From positions 10,914,001-10,978,000 of the forward strand of contig NC_086109.1 of NCBI RefSeq assembly GCF_963921235.1: a DNA stretch of 64,000 bases, in the 5' to 3' direction. The position numbers and the translations under genes are program-made. The DNA comes from Mobula hypostoma. Lineage: Eukaryota. The notes beneath the pieces were generated by a model that saw only the letters and a program-made list of their open reading frames with translations, did not search any database and was not told the origin of the DNA. Shown here one piece after another: positions 37,223 through 50,178 of the stretch. The first letter of the stretch is position 1. Each line of letters begins with the position of its first letter.

Positions 37223-40200
37223 CTGAACTACTCCAGAAGCAATAGACTCACTGTCAAGGGCTCATGTTCTCAGTAATATTTATTTTTATTATTTGCACAG
37301 TTTTCCTTCTTTTACAGATTAATTGTTTGTCAGACTTTTTTTATTTATTGGCATACAGTGTAGAATAGGCCCTTCAAGCCATGCCGACTAGCAATCTTCT
37401 GATTTAACCCTGGCCTAATCACGGGACAATTCACAATGACCAATTAACCGACCAACCAGTACGTCTTTGGACTGTGGGAGGAAACTGGAGCACCCAGAGG
37501 AAACCCACGCGGTCACATGAGAACATCTTTACAGATAGCAGCAGGAATCGAACGCCGGTCACTGGACTGTAAAGTGTTGAACTAAACACTATGCCACAGT
37601 GCCCTGCCAAATTATTTATGTATAATTATTCATAATTTCTATTGCCTGCAAGAAAAAGAATCTCCATGCTGACATATATCTTCTTTGATAATAAATTTAC
37701 TTTGATTATGACCGTTCTCAGTACCAACGATGGTGGATTGTGTTTAGAGTAATGGTGATAGCTAATCTGATATTCCCTGTTCCAAACCACCATCCAAACA
37801 CAGAATTATAAATAAAGCAGAGATTGGTAGGTTCTTGATATGTCAGGGCATCAAAGGTTATGAGGAGGAGTCAGCCAAATGGAGTTGAAAGGGATTATTA
37901 ATCTGCATGATGGAATATCAGAGCAGACTTGATGGGCTGAATGGCCTAATTCTGCTCCTATATCTTATGGTCTTATGTTCGCTAATGAATGAATATGGCA
38001 TTATTGTTTTGGAGACTCTGTGAGGTGCCATATCCTTACACAAATAATACTTTGTTATAGCAATTTATTCATTAAATTACAAATTTTACTGGAATATCGT
38101 TTTCATCACTGATGTTTAACTCAGAGTTTCCTAGGCAAGGTTGTTGAAATAACCAAAGATACAAGGTAAAGACGGCACTATTAATACATTCTGACTATTA
38201 CCTCAACAATATTCCTATCTTAAGTTCCTGTGGGATAAACAGATTGAATGAATAACCTTCTGATTCAAAGCACATGATTGCGGGAAAGATGAGACTGATT
38301 TTAACATCCACTGGATTAAAAATTGTATAGGTTACTTCAGCAACTCACGTTACATTATTCTCAAGGTAAGTAACTTCCTTTCTGCTTCTCTCTTTCTCGC
38401 CCACATATTAATTCCATCTTGCACATTTATTTAATTGAATTACTTAATGTTTTCCCGCTTGCTTTTTTAATCTGTCTTCATAGTCCCAGTCTGACAGATT
38501 AATTTCTGCAATTCTCTGTTATTAAAAAAAAAACATAGACATAGAAACATGGAAACATAGAAATCTACAGCACATTACAGGCCCTTCGGCCCACAATGTT
38601 GTGCAGACCATGTAACCTACTCTAGAAACTGCCTAGAATTTCCCTACCGCATAGCCCTCTACTTTTCTAAGCTCCATGTACTTATCTAAGAGTCTCTTAC
38701 AAGACCCTATTGTATCCGCCGCTACCAGCGTCGCTGGCAGTGCATTCCACACACCCACCATCACCACTTAAGTTAGAGTATTGAACAGAGAACAGCACAG
38801 GAGCAGGCTGTTCAGTCCATCATGCCGGTACTGACCATATTAAACTACCACCTGCCTGCACATAGTCTGCATACACCTGCCTGTTTATGTGTTTGTCTAA
38901 ATGTTCCTATTGGATCTGCTTCCTCTATCTGATCTAGAAGCACATTCCAGGCACCTACCACTCTCTGTGTAAAACCAACACATGTCGTATTTCTCCTTTA
39001 AACTTGCCCCTCTCACTTTCAACCCGTTCCCTTTAGTATTTAACCATTTCCACCGTAGGAAAACCACTCTAACTATCTACCCTGTCTACAACTCTCATAA
39101 CTTTGTATGCTTTTATCTGACCGCCCCTCAAGCTCCGATGCTCCAAGTTTATTCACTCCAAGTTTAATCAACCTCTCCTCCAAGCTAATACTCTCCATTC
39201 CAGACAACATCTCAGTGAACCTCACCTGTACTCTCCCCAAAGCCTCCACATCCTTCCTGTAACGCGGTCACCAGAACTGCACACAATACCGAGGCGGCCT
39301 AACCAAGTGTGGACTAACCAAAGTTTTATACTCATTGCCCTGACTGATGAAAGCAAGAGTTCCATACACCTTTACCACTTCAAAAGTTCAAGGTGAATTT
39401 ATTATCAAAATACCTATATGTCATATGAACACACAACAGAACTGCGCAAATCTGACTGTCAGAGAGTTGGATATGATGGACAACCTATATGTCAGCATAT
39501 ACTACCTCGAGACTCATTATCTTGTGGGAATTCACAGTAGATACAAAGAAATACAATAAAATCAATGAAAAACTACACACAAAGACCGACAAACAGCCAA
39601 TGTGCTAAAGAAGACAAACTGTGCAAATACAAAAATAATATTGAGCACGTGAGTTGTAGAGTCCTTGAAAGTGAGTCTGTAGGTTGTGGAACCAGTTCAG
39701 AGTTAAGGGGAATGAAGTTATCCATGACGGTTCAAGAGCCTGATGGTCCAGAGGGGTAATAACTGTTCCTGAACCTGGGGTGGTATGGGACCGAAGGTTC
39801 CTGTACCTCCATCCCATGGCAACAATGAGAAGGGAGTATGGGCTGGATGGTGGGAATCCTGTTGATGGATGCTGTTCTTTTTTGTGGCAGCTCTCCTTGT
39901 AGATGTGCTCAATGGTGGGGCGAGCTTTCCAACTGTACTGTCTCTTTGAGGGAACTATGCATTCATATCCCATGATAACCTTTGCATATCAATTCTTCTA
40001 GGAGTGCTGCCATTTACTGTATACTTTCTTTTGACGTCCCAAATGCAGCAGCTCACAGTTGCCCAGATTAAAATGCACCTTCAATTTCTCGATGCTGGTG
40101 TACAACTGATCTCTATCCTACTGAATCTTTGACTATCCAGCTCTGCCCATGTTGGTGCAACAAAGTTGGGTAACTTCTTTGTTGCAAGCAAAGACCCAGG

Positions 40201-42924
40201 AAGTAAGCTATTGGGGGCCTTTTACCTTATGAAGGAACTTCATTAGAATGGTCATAGAGGAGTTGTGATTGCTTTTAGACATCCAAAAAGCAAAGGCCAA
40301 GAATATGAGATAGGCACAGTAAATCCAATGAGAAATTCAGGAGAAACGTCTTCACTCAGAGATGGTGTGAGTGGGGATCTGTTAGAATGTGGAACAAAAC
40401 ACCAATGTTGTGAAAGGGACAAGTCGATTATGGAGGGCAGAGGGCGGCACGTAGCGTAGTGGTGCACGCAATCACTTTACAGCGACAACTGCGAAGATTG
40501 GGGTTCAATTCTCTCTGCTGTCTATCAGGAGCCGATATGTTCTCCCCATGACCACTTGAATTCCCTACGAGTACTCCAATTTCCCCCCCAACGTTCCAAA
40601 AGACATACAGGTTAGTGTTCGTGAGCTGTGCACATGCTATGTTTGCACCAAAAGTGTGGTGATTCTTGCGGGCTGCCTGGCCCAATCTGCGCTGATTTGA
40701 TTTGACACAGATGACTCATTTCACCCTATGTTCGGATGTTTCGATCTTTATGCGACAAATAAAGCTAACCTTTGTCTTTTGAAAGAAGTTGGGGTGGAAG
40801 CATGGAGCTGGCTACATGACCCCATGAGACAGGTCCACTATTCAATTCATCGGAATCAGGTTTAATATCACCAGCATATGTTGTGAAATTTGTTAACTTT
40901 GCAGCAGCAGTACAATGCAATACATAATGATGGAAAAAATGTGAATTACTTATATATATATATATTAGCTAAATTAAAGTAGTGCAAAAATAAATACAAA
41001 AACAACCATAAAAATAAAATAAATCATCTACCTTATCCACGTACTTGGCCCTGGCTCATTCAGAGTGTATCGCAAGAAGCCATCTCTATCTTTCCTTTAT
41101 TACTCTCAATGATTGGACTTTCACAACTGCAGGAGAGGATTCTAAAATCCGGCAATGTGCAGGCAAGAAGAGTTTCTCCTCATCTCCATATTTCCTTCCA
41201 ACGCGATAAGAGACCGACGTGTCCCATGGAGTCTATCCCATGGGGAGACATGCCAACTGTAAGATTGGGGTTCAATTCCCACTGCTGTCTGTAAGGAGTT
41301 TGCACATTCTCCCCATATCTGCTTGGGTTTACTCCAGGTGCTCTGGTTTCCTCCCACAGCCAAAGACGTGCAGGTTACGGGCATGATATGTTGGTGGAAA
41401 CACTTGCAGGCTGTGCCCAGCACATCCTTAATGCAAAATGATACATTTCTCTGTTTATTTTTATAAATATGTGACAAATAAAGCTAATCTTTATCTCTGG
41501 AGGTTCCCTATCATGCCTTCTCCCATCGCAGTGCTAAACGGTTCACTCTGTGTTCTGGGGAGCCTCACACGGAGCATAAAGACCATCAAAGTTTCCATTT
41601 GTGTACTCCTGCTGGGGAATGTTGGGAGCTGCAAGACATGGAAGGAAGCAGATCCTGTGGTGAGATAAGGAGTGAATCTGGACCTGGGAAGAACGTGGCT
41701 CTGATCTTTCCTCCTTGTTCATGGGGACATTGGCGACAGCAGGCATCAAGGTTTTATCTCCTTTGAACATCAGAATCAGAATCAGGTTTATCGACACTCA
41801 CGTATGTCATGAAATGTGTTGTTTTGGGGTAGCAGTACACTGTAATACTTACAGAATGAAATATAAAAAATAAATTATAAAAAATAGTGAGGTAGTGTTC
41901 CTGGACGTTTCGGAAATCTGATAGCAGTGGAGAAGAAGCTGTTCCTAAAACATTAAGTGTGCATCTTCAGGTCCTATACCTCTCCCTGATGGTAGTAATG
42001 AGAAGAGGGCATGTTCTTGGTGGTGACAGACCTCAATGGTGGACGCTGCCTTCTTGATGCATCATGTTTTGAAAGATATTCTTGATGGTAGGCAGGCTAG
42101 TGCCCACGATGGAGCTGGCTGAGTTTTCAACCCTCGGCAGATGTTCTCGATGCCTGCTTGATCGAGTTTTAGTTGATGCTTGTTCCAAGTTAGATGGATA
42201 GGAGTACTATGTGTGTTCCTGAATCCAACCTAGCAGGACAATCCCTTTAGTTACAGGGAGACCATGGAAACTTTGATAACATTGGGATGCTATGGTAGAA
42301 AGTACACAAAACAAGCAAAATTAAATAAAGCTATACTCCTCATGTCAGACCTTTCTGTGGGGCTACAACAATTCTCTTGGACAGATCCGACTCCTCACAG
42401 CAAGGGTTCCTCAGCTGGGGTCCACAGACCCCTCGGTTAATGATAGGGGTCCATGGCATAAAAGTAGGTTGGGAACCCCTGCTTTCCAGGAAGTGGTCTA
42501 TGGCATTGTCAGCCATGCATGAGGGAGGCACATGACTTGTAAATGTAAAATGCTGGAACTTTCACTCAAGGAGTTATAGGAAAAAGTTGAATAGGTTAGA
42601 ACTTTATTCCCTGGAGAGCAGGAGAATGAGGGAAGATTTGACAGAGGTACACAAAATTATGAGGGGTATTGATAGGGTAAATGCAAGCGTTGAGATTGGG
42701 TGGAACTAAAACTAAAGTTCATGAGTTAAGGGTGAAAGGTGAAATGTTTAAGGGGAACATGACGGGGAACTTCTTCATTCGGAGGTTAGTGAGAATGTGG
42801 AATGAACTGCCAGCAGAAATGCTGGATGTGGGTTCGAGTTCAGCGTTTAAGAGAAGTTTGCATCCAACTAGCATATTACTCTGGGTTCCCCTGTTCACAG
42901 TATCAAACAAGTTGCCTGCAGTAA

Positions 42925-43165
42925 CGCACACAAAGTGCTTGAGGAACTCAACGGGCAGACAGCAACTATGGAGGGAAATGAAATGTCGACGTTCCAGGCC
43001 CAGACCCTTCATTGGGACTCCTGCTGAAGTCCTATTGAAGGGTCTCAGCCCAAGTGTCAACTGTTCATTTCCCTCCATTGAATCTGCCTGACATGCTGAG
43101 TTCATCCAGCATTTTGTGTGTGGTGCTCAAGATCTCCAGTGCCTGCAGAATCTCTTGTGTTTATA
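42925..43165. mobile_element. Penelope-derived foldback; similar foldbacks at about 11025-11225, 53565-53795 and 54838-55060
   Basis: Two ~100-bp arms in inverted orientation, each with a degenerate hammerhead, meeting at a short spacer. Confidence 0.7.
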
Positions 43166-43611
43166 ATGACCTCTAGTGATGTGAGTTAGCCATATCCATT
43201 AATGAATGAATGAGGTAGCCTTACTTAGTCTAAAAGAGGTAGCCTGTCTCTTGGCTAATCCCCTAGTCTGGAGGTCACTTCTGATGTCTGTTTTCTGTAG
43301 GTGTCAGGATGATATTTTCCCAAATTTTAATTTTAATTTTATTTGTAGAAATGCAGTCATAGAGTCATAGAACACCACAACACAGAAACTGGCCCTTTGG
43401 CCCATCTAATCCATGCTGAACTGTTATTCTACCTAGTCCCATTGACCCGTACCTGGACCATTGTCTTCTATACCCTTCCAATCCATGTGCTTATCCAAAG
43501 TTCTCTTAAATGGTGAAATCAATCATGCAACCGTGACTTCCATTGGCATCTTGTTCCACGCTCGCACCAACCTCGGAGTGAAGAAGTTTCCCCTTGGGTT
43601 CCCATTAAGTA

Positions 43612-44383
43612 CACTTAGTGACCACTTCATTAGGTTTTTTTTGCTCGGGTAATGCAAATATCTAATCAGCCAATCACTTGGCAGCAACTCAAAACACAAA
43701 AACACGCAGATGTGGTCAAGAGGTTCACTTGTCGTTCAGACCAAACATTAGAATGGGGACGAAATATGATATAAGTGACTTTGAACGTGGTTGGTGCCAG
43801 AGGGGGTGGTTTGAGTATCTCAGAAACTGCTAATCTCCTGGGATTTTCACACAGAACAGTCTCCAGTTTACAGAGAATGGTGTAACAAACAAAAAAAATA
43901 AGTCCAGTGAGCGGCAGTTCTGTGGGCAAAAACACCTTGTTAATGAGAGAGGTTAGAGGTTAATGGCCAGACTGATTCAACCTGACAGGAAGATGACAGT
44001 AACTCAAATAACCAAGAGTTACAACAGCAGAGCATTTGTGAAGCACAAAACATCGAACCTTGAAGTGGGTAGTGTTATGTTTTGCATCGTCGAAACCTTA
44101 AACTGATTCAAAGGAAGACATGGGAGTCTGGGAGTGCAGGTCTGACTTTGTGTTTACTTTAACTAAGGCAGGGATGTATCACGCGGTAGCGTCATGACAT
44201 ATGCTATTCGTGTATTTATACATATAACTCAAAATGAATTATTTAAACAAACAAGAATAGTTAATCAGCCAATATATATACAAGATTACTCAAATATTAT
44301 TTAAACATTAAATACGCAACAGATGGGCTACAGCAGTCGAAGATCATGATTGTACAGTCATTAAGTAACGTGGCCACTGAGTG
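43612..44383 (+). mobile_element. Tc1/mariner deletion derivative interrupted by a solo LTR
   Basis: TA|CACTTAGTGACCACTTCATTAGG ... GTGGCCACTGAGTG. Transposase HTH remnant (GARGGGLSISETANLLGFSH.TVS; SSERQFCGQK.LVNERG; MGYSSRR). Confidence 0.8.
44073..44321 (-). mobile_element. Solo LTR (249 bp, TGTT...AACA)
   Basis: Splits the Tc1 coding remnant. Degenerate 5-bp TSD GGTAG/GATGG. Minus-strand TATAAAT followed by AGTAAA. Confidence 0.6.
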
Positions 44384-46224
44384 TGTTTCACCTTTCACTC
44401 TTAACCTATGACCTCTAATTCTATGTTATCTAACTATTATCTAAATAGCAATGTCATGTTTCAACAATGGTTTATTGATCAGAAAGCATCTTTAAAATAG
44501 TTAGTAATTTCAAAAAAAATAGTATACTTTTATTGCTTCTAAAGGGTCTCAGCCCAAAACTTGGACTCCTTATTTCTTCAGATGTTGCCTGACCTGCTGA
44601 GTTCCTACAGCACGTTGTGTGTGTTACTCTGGATTTCCAATATCTGCAGAATCTCCTGTGTTTACTTGTATGGAACACAATGTTGCGACAGATTATTACC
44701 CAGTCTGGCGATCCTTTCCTCTAACAATGTCTGAGCTACTTCTGCCGATGATCAGTAGAGTTTTGATTAGTGAAAGTTGACAACACTGGAAGGCTTGTAA
44801 CAGAAGCTAGCAGTTTTGGAACATAATATACCAGTGCTTAGGGATTAATGATTGTGCAGTGTGAATCATCTCAATGTGTGACACACTGCTTTAATCTTGG
44901 TTAAAGTTCTGCCAACTTTTTATCTTTTTATCTATTTGAATAATACTAATTCCACCAAAAGTACACCAGATCCTCTGCTTAGTCAGAGTTTACATTATTT
45001 CATAATACCACTGCAAGTAACCATACCAGTTCAAAGTTCAAAGTTAATTTATTATCACCATATAGTATCATAAGATTTATTATCTTGCAGGCATTCATAG
45101 TTGAACACCCAAGTTAGGCAGTCTTTCATTGATTCTATTATGGTTATTATTCTATAGACTTATTGAGTATGCCCACAGGAAAATGAATCTCGGGGTTGTA
45201 TATGGCAACATATATGTACTTTGATAATAAATTTACTTTGAACTTTGAACTTTTAAAACAAAAACACAATATAATCAATGAAAAACTATCACAAAGACAG
45301 ACAAACAACCAATGAGCAAAAGAAGACGAACTGCATAAGAAATAGACAGATAGGTAGATAAATAATACTGAAAACATGAGTTGTATAGTCTTTGAAAGTA
45401 AGTCCATAGGTCGTGAAGCTGAGGTGAAAAGCTTTTGAATATTTCTGAACGTGCTGTGTTCACCACTCTGTGGGTGGGATTTGATCCTTTTTACCAAGTA
45501 CTGTTTCCATCTGGAAGGCTGATGTTGCTGGGGAGCCCTCGTCAACCTTGATTGATTTCTGTAGACCTGAAATACAAAATGGCAAACGGATTTCAGTAAA
45601 ATAATAAATTTTATTTCAGTAAAATAAACGGATCAGTCAACAGGAAATCTGTGTTATGGGAAAGTTACAATGGATGTAATTTTTAACTTCTTCTTGAGTA
45701 ATGGTCAATTACAGCCATGCATAACCTGCATGCTGGAGTTACCAGGGTCAGCAAACCTGGAAACTGTGGTGCCATTGGCCAGCATGAATAAGTGGGAGGT
45801 GTAGCAGTAGTTACTTGTGCAGGTATTGTGAGGGCAATACTTGTCCATATATGGAGAGTTAATCCTGCCTGATTGAATTGTGAGACTGAGCATAGCGCAC
45901 ACTCACTAGTTCAGTCTTATAGCTTGAAACCATGTGCAGCACAGTAGTTAAGTCTTGAGTCCAGGGTCCAGAGATTTAAGCATTTTACAGATTCGAATGG
46001 GCAAAGAAGTGGCAGATGGAACACAGTGTAGGGAAGTGTATGGTCACGCACTTTGCTAGATGGAATAAAAGTGTAGACTATTATCTAAATGGGGACCGAA
46101 TTCAGAAATCAGAGGTGCATAACTCCCTAACGGTTAATTTGCAGGTTGTGTCAGTGGTAAGGAACTTGAATGCAATGTTAGCATTCAATAGGTCTAGAAT
46201 ATATAACAGCAAGGATGTCATTCT

Positions 46225-46902
46225 CCTGAGGAGGAGATGATGGCGGTGCGACACCGCACAGCAGCCGCTCCGGTGAATGATATCTGTTATCTGTCAAGTA
46301 GGGTACCGTGCACAATCCTGATTTGATGGAGGCAGACGTGAGAGCACGGAAGAACATCTGGAGAAATTTCTGAAATGCCTTTTTTGCTGCCGCTGCTACT
46401 GTGTGATCCAGAATCTCCGGAGCAGAAGGCCCCGAGTCCTCAGCTTTGCTTGTTGCTCGGCGGCCGGGGCGGGTTTAAGGCGCTAGGCAGAGGATGGTGC
46501 TCGGGAGGCTGTATCGGAGGGCTGGTCGGAGGCTCGAAGTTTTTAGACAGACTGAGAGTCGGCTGCAGTCAGATGCTTCCAATACATCGGCAGTTGTCGG
46601 CGCCTGGAGATTTATGGCAGGGAGAGATTCTCCCTTTTGCCGCCTGCTATCGGGACTATCGGGAGTCGATCGGAACTTTGAGACTTTTTTTTTACCATGT
46701 CCATGGTCTGCTCTTTATCAAATTATGGTATTGCTTTGCACTGCTGTAACTATCTGTTATAATTATGTGGTCTTGTCAGTGTTAGTCTTTGGTTTGTCCT
46801 TTTTTTGTGATATCACTCTGGAGGAACATTGTATCATTTCTTAATGCATGCATTTCTAAATGACAATAAACGGGGACTGAGTGTCCTCATAATCTAATCT
46901 AA
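46225..46902 (+). mobile_element. ~680-bp non-autonomous retroposon, copy 2, inserted in a CR1
   Basis: TSD TCATTCT at 46218-46224 and 46903-46909 splits the CR1 KDVIL/RFYK coding sequence. (AATCT)n tail. Confidence 0.82.
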
Positions 46903-47039
46903 TCATTCTGAGGTTTTATAAGGCATAGGTCAGAACTCATTTGGAGTATTGTGAGCAGTTTTGGGCCCCTTATCTCAAGTGGAATTCATTGCCGCAAATG
47001 GATGTGGAGGCCAAGTCATTGTGTATGGGGTGGGGGGGG

Positions 47040-48207
47040 GGGGGATGAATACAGGGCCCTGGTGGAGGACTTTGTCAAATGGTGCAAGTTGAATCATCTG
47101 CAGCTCAACATCAGTAAGACAAAGGAGATGGTGATAGACTTTAGGCAGACTAAACCTGGACAGCTTCAGGTTACTATCGATGGCGAGGACGTGGATGTGG
47201 TGAGGACCTACAGGTGCCAGGGCGTGCACCTAGATGACAGATTTGAGTGGAGCACCAACACAGAGCCTGCGTACAAGAAGAGCCAGAGTCGTCACTACTT
47301 CCTGAGGAGACTGAAGTCCTTTGGAGGGTGCAGGCCTCTCCTTCACATGTTCTACCTGTCTGTTGTTGCCAGTACAATCTTACATGTGGTGGTGCATCAA
47401 CACGGGCGATATCAACAGGTTCAATAAACTGATGAGAAAGGCTGGCTCTGTTATAGGAGTCATTATGGACCCACTGGAAGCTGTGGTAGAACAAAGGACC
47501 CAGTGGAAAATCCTGGCAATTCTAGACATTTCTCACTCTCTGCATAGATAGATATACTTTATTGATCCCGAGGGAAATTGGGTTTTGTTACAGCTGCACC
47601 AACCATATAGCATAAATATAGCAATACAAAAACCACAAGCAATCAAACACCAATAGGCAAACTATGCCAGATGGAAATAAGTCCAGGACCAGCCTATTGG
47701 CTCAGGGTGTCTGACCCTCCACGGGAGGAGCTGCAAAGTTCGATGGCCACAGGCAGGAACAACCTCCCATGACGCCCAGTGTTGTATCTCGGTGGAATAT
47801 GGCCGGAGTCCAACAGCAAAAAGTTCAATATCCGGTCTACAAACACGTTCCTCGATCGTAATATGACCAGGATTACACCATCCATTGTTAACCAGAACAG
47901 CAAGCCCCCAACTCCTTTATGCTTACCAACTTGGCTGAACAGAGGAGCAATTTTAATAATAGACTAAGACAACTGCACTGCTCCAAAGAGCGCCATAGAA
48001 GGTCATTCTTACCCTCGGCCATTAGGCTCTATAACGAGTCAACCTACAGCTGGGAAAGCAATGAACTCCTCCTATTAGACTACTTTAAATAGCTTTTTTT
48101 TTTCAATCCTTCTTACTTCTCTTCTAATATTTGTATATCTATGCAATTGTAATGCTACTGTGACACTATAATTTCCTTTGGGATCAATAAAGTATCTATC
48201 TATCTAT
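47040..48207 (+). mobile_element. Rex1/Babar LINE 3' part containing an antisense Rex1-type insertion (about 47544-47925)
   Basis: DEYRALVEDFVKWCKLNHLQLNISKTKEMVIDFR..HLDDRFEW..KKSQSRHYFLRRL. Both elements have (ATCT)n tails. Confidence 0.8.
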
Positions 48208-48579
48208 ATTTAAAGTGGGAGTTGATAGGTTCTTGATCAGCAAGCACGCTAAGGTTGCAGGGAGAAGGCAGAAGAATGAGGTTGAAAGAGAAAATAAATC
48301 AGCCACGATTGAATGGTGGAGCAGACTCAAGCATCCAGATCCTGGCCCTATGTCTCATGGTGATATGGTCCTTCTACCTCGATATTCCAGTAACCAGGGT
48401 TTGATCCTGACCTCTGGTGCTGACTTTGTGGAGTTTGCATGTTCTCTCTGTGATATCTTGTGTTTATGAACCACTAGGGTTTGCTTTCTTTTGAATTCCA
48501 GGTAGAAGGTTCTAGAAGTGACGTGCCTCTGAAAGATTACAGTATTTATTTTCAAAATGACATTTATATTGGTAGGAAT

Positions 48580-48922
48580 AATTATAGAATGTTACAAGCC
48601 CTTGATAGAGTGGATGTGGAGAGGATGTTTCCTACGGTGGGAGAGTCTGAGACCAGAAGACACAGCCTCAGAATAGAGGGTCATCCTTTTAGACTGGAGA
48701 TGTGGAGGAATTTCTTTAGCCAGAGAGTGAGGAATCAGTGGAGGAAAGTCTTTATGTATATTTATGGCAGAGGTTGACAGATTCTTGATTGAGGGGTATG
48801 AAGGGTTACGGGAAGAAGGCTGGAAATTGGGGCTAAGAGGGAAAATGGATCAGCCATGATGAAATGGCAGAACAAAATTGATGGGCCAAATGGCCTAATT
48901 CTGCTCCTATCTCTTATGGTCT
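48580..48922 (+). mobile_element. CR1 3' fragment ending about 36 nt upstream of the exon 2 acceptor
   Basis: LDRVDVERMFPTVGESETRRHSLRIEGHPFR. 3' UTR ending ctcttatggtct. Confidence 0.8.
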
Positions 48923-48958
48923 AATGACATTTATGATTCTTATTTCTTTTCCCTTTAG

Positions 48959-49062
48959 GTCTTTTAATGATTTCTACGGTAGAGCTGGGAGTGGTCAGTT
49001 TGTATGGTATGAAGACCCATGCCTTCATTGCAATGAATAACAAAGGTCGACTGTATGCAGCG
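48959..49062 (+). CDS. fgf6: FGF6-like coding exon 2 (104 bp)
   Basis: Polypyrimidine tract plus TTTAG acceptor ending at 48958. Completes the split Ser codon (A|GT) and reads LLMISTVELGVVSLYGMKTHAFIAMNNKGRLYAA. Donor GTGAGT at 49063. 104 bp is the canonical FGF middle-exon size. Confidence 0.95.
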
Positions 49063-49593
49063 GTGAGTAAAATCAACTGTGTCCATCCTCTTCTCTTTTT
49101 CAGTTTTCTAGCACAAAATCGGGTGTTTCCAGCTCGGCAAATTGAGCCCTTAGATCCGAATCCCCGGAGCAGCCTGGAGTAGGCCCAAGCCTCGGTCTCA
49201 GTTCCTCACGTTAGTGACTGGTCACGCACTCAGTTCACCATTTTACTGGCAGGCTGACTGCAGTGGTACAACACTCCCCCAACATGACACCAAGATGTCG
49301 GGCGTGGGTGAGAGGGCAGCACGGTGGCAACACTTCACAGCACCGGCGACCACCGATCAGCATTCAAATCCCGCTGCTGTCCGTAAGGAGCTTGTACGCT
49401 CGCCCCATGACCGCATAGGTTTCCTGCAGGGGCTTCAGTTTCCTCCCGCATTCCAAAAAGAAATGTACGATTAAGGTTAGTGAGACGTGGGTTATGATGG
49501 CGCCGGAAGTGCGGCGACACTTGCAGGCTGCCCCCAGCACAACTCTTGGATTGTTTTGGTTGTTAATTGCACTCCGCTGTACGTTTCAATGTA

Positions 49594-49614
49594 CAGTACT
49601 AGGCAACAGTTTTT

Positions 49615-49647
<33 letters not shown>

Positions 49648-50178
49648 AACTATACATATATATATATATAGCTAGGGTGCCCAAGACTTTGGAACAGTAC
49701 TGTAGTAATTTTATGAATTGCACTGTACTGCTGCCACAAACAAAAGCAAATTTCCAAATTTCATGACGTATGTGAGTGATGATAAACCTGATTCTGATAC
49801 GGGTCTCTATTATGGACTGAGAGTGGGAAGGAGGCAGGGAGAGGGGAATCGTGGTGGGGAAAAGGGGAAGGGAGAGGGGAAGAAACAGGAAGCACCATGG
49901 AGACACTCTGTAATGATTAATAAACCAATTGTTTGGAATCAAATGGCCTTGCCTGGTTTCTCGGGGCTGGGTGTCTCTGCTCCCGCGACACACCCCTGCG
50001 CCCCCGCCGTTCCTGGCACTCCTTCTCTGCTATCAATCCCACACCCCACCCGTGGCACTCCACCCTTGCCATTCCCAACACAGTTTGCTGTCTGCACCAC
50101 CTTGACAAATACAGTACTGTTCAAAAGTCTTAAGTATCCTAGCTATATATATGTGCCCGAAGCTTTTATACAGTACTG
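49594..50178. mobile_element. Composite element bounded by two inverted palindromic Tc1-like MITEs
   Basis: MITEs at 49594-49702 and 50112-50178 (CAGTACT.. ends; internal AGCTAGG versus CCTAGCT). Inserted after a TA in a V-SINE tail. Confidence 0.65.
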
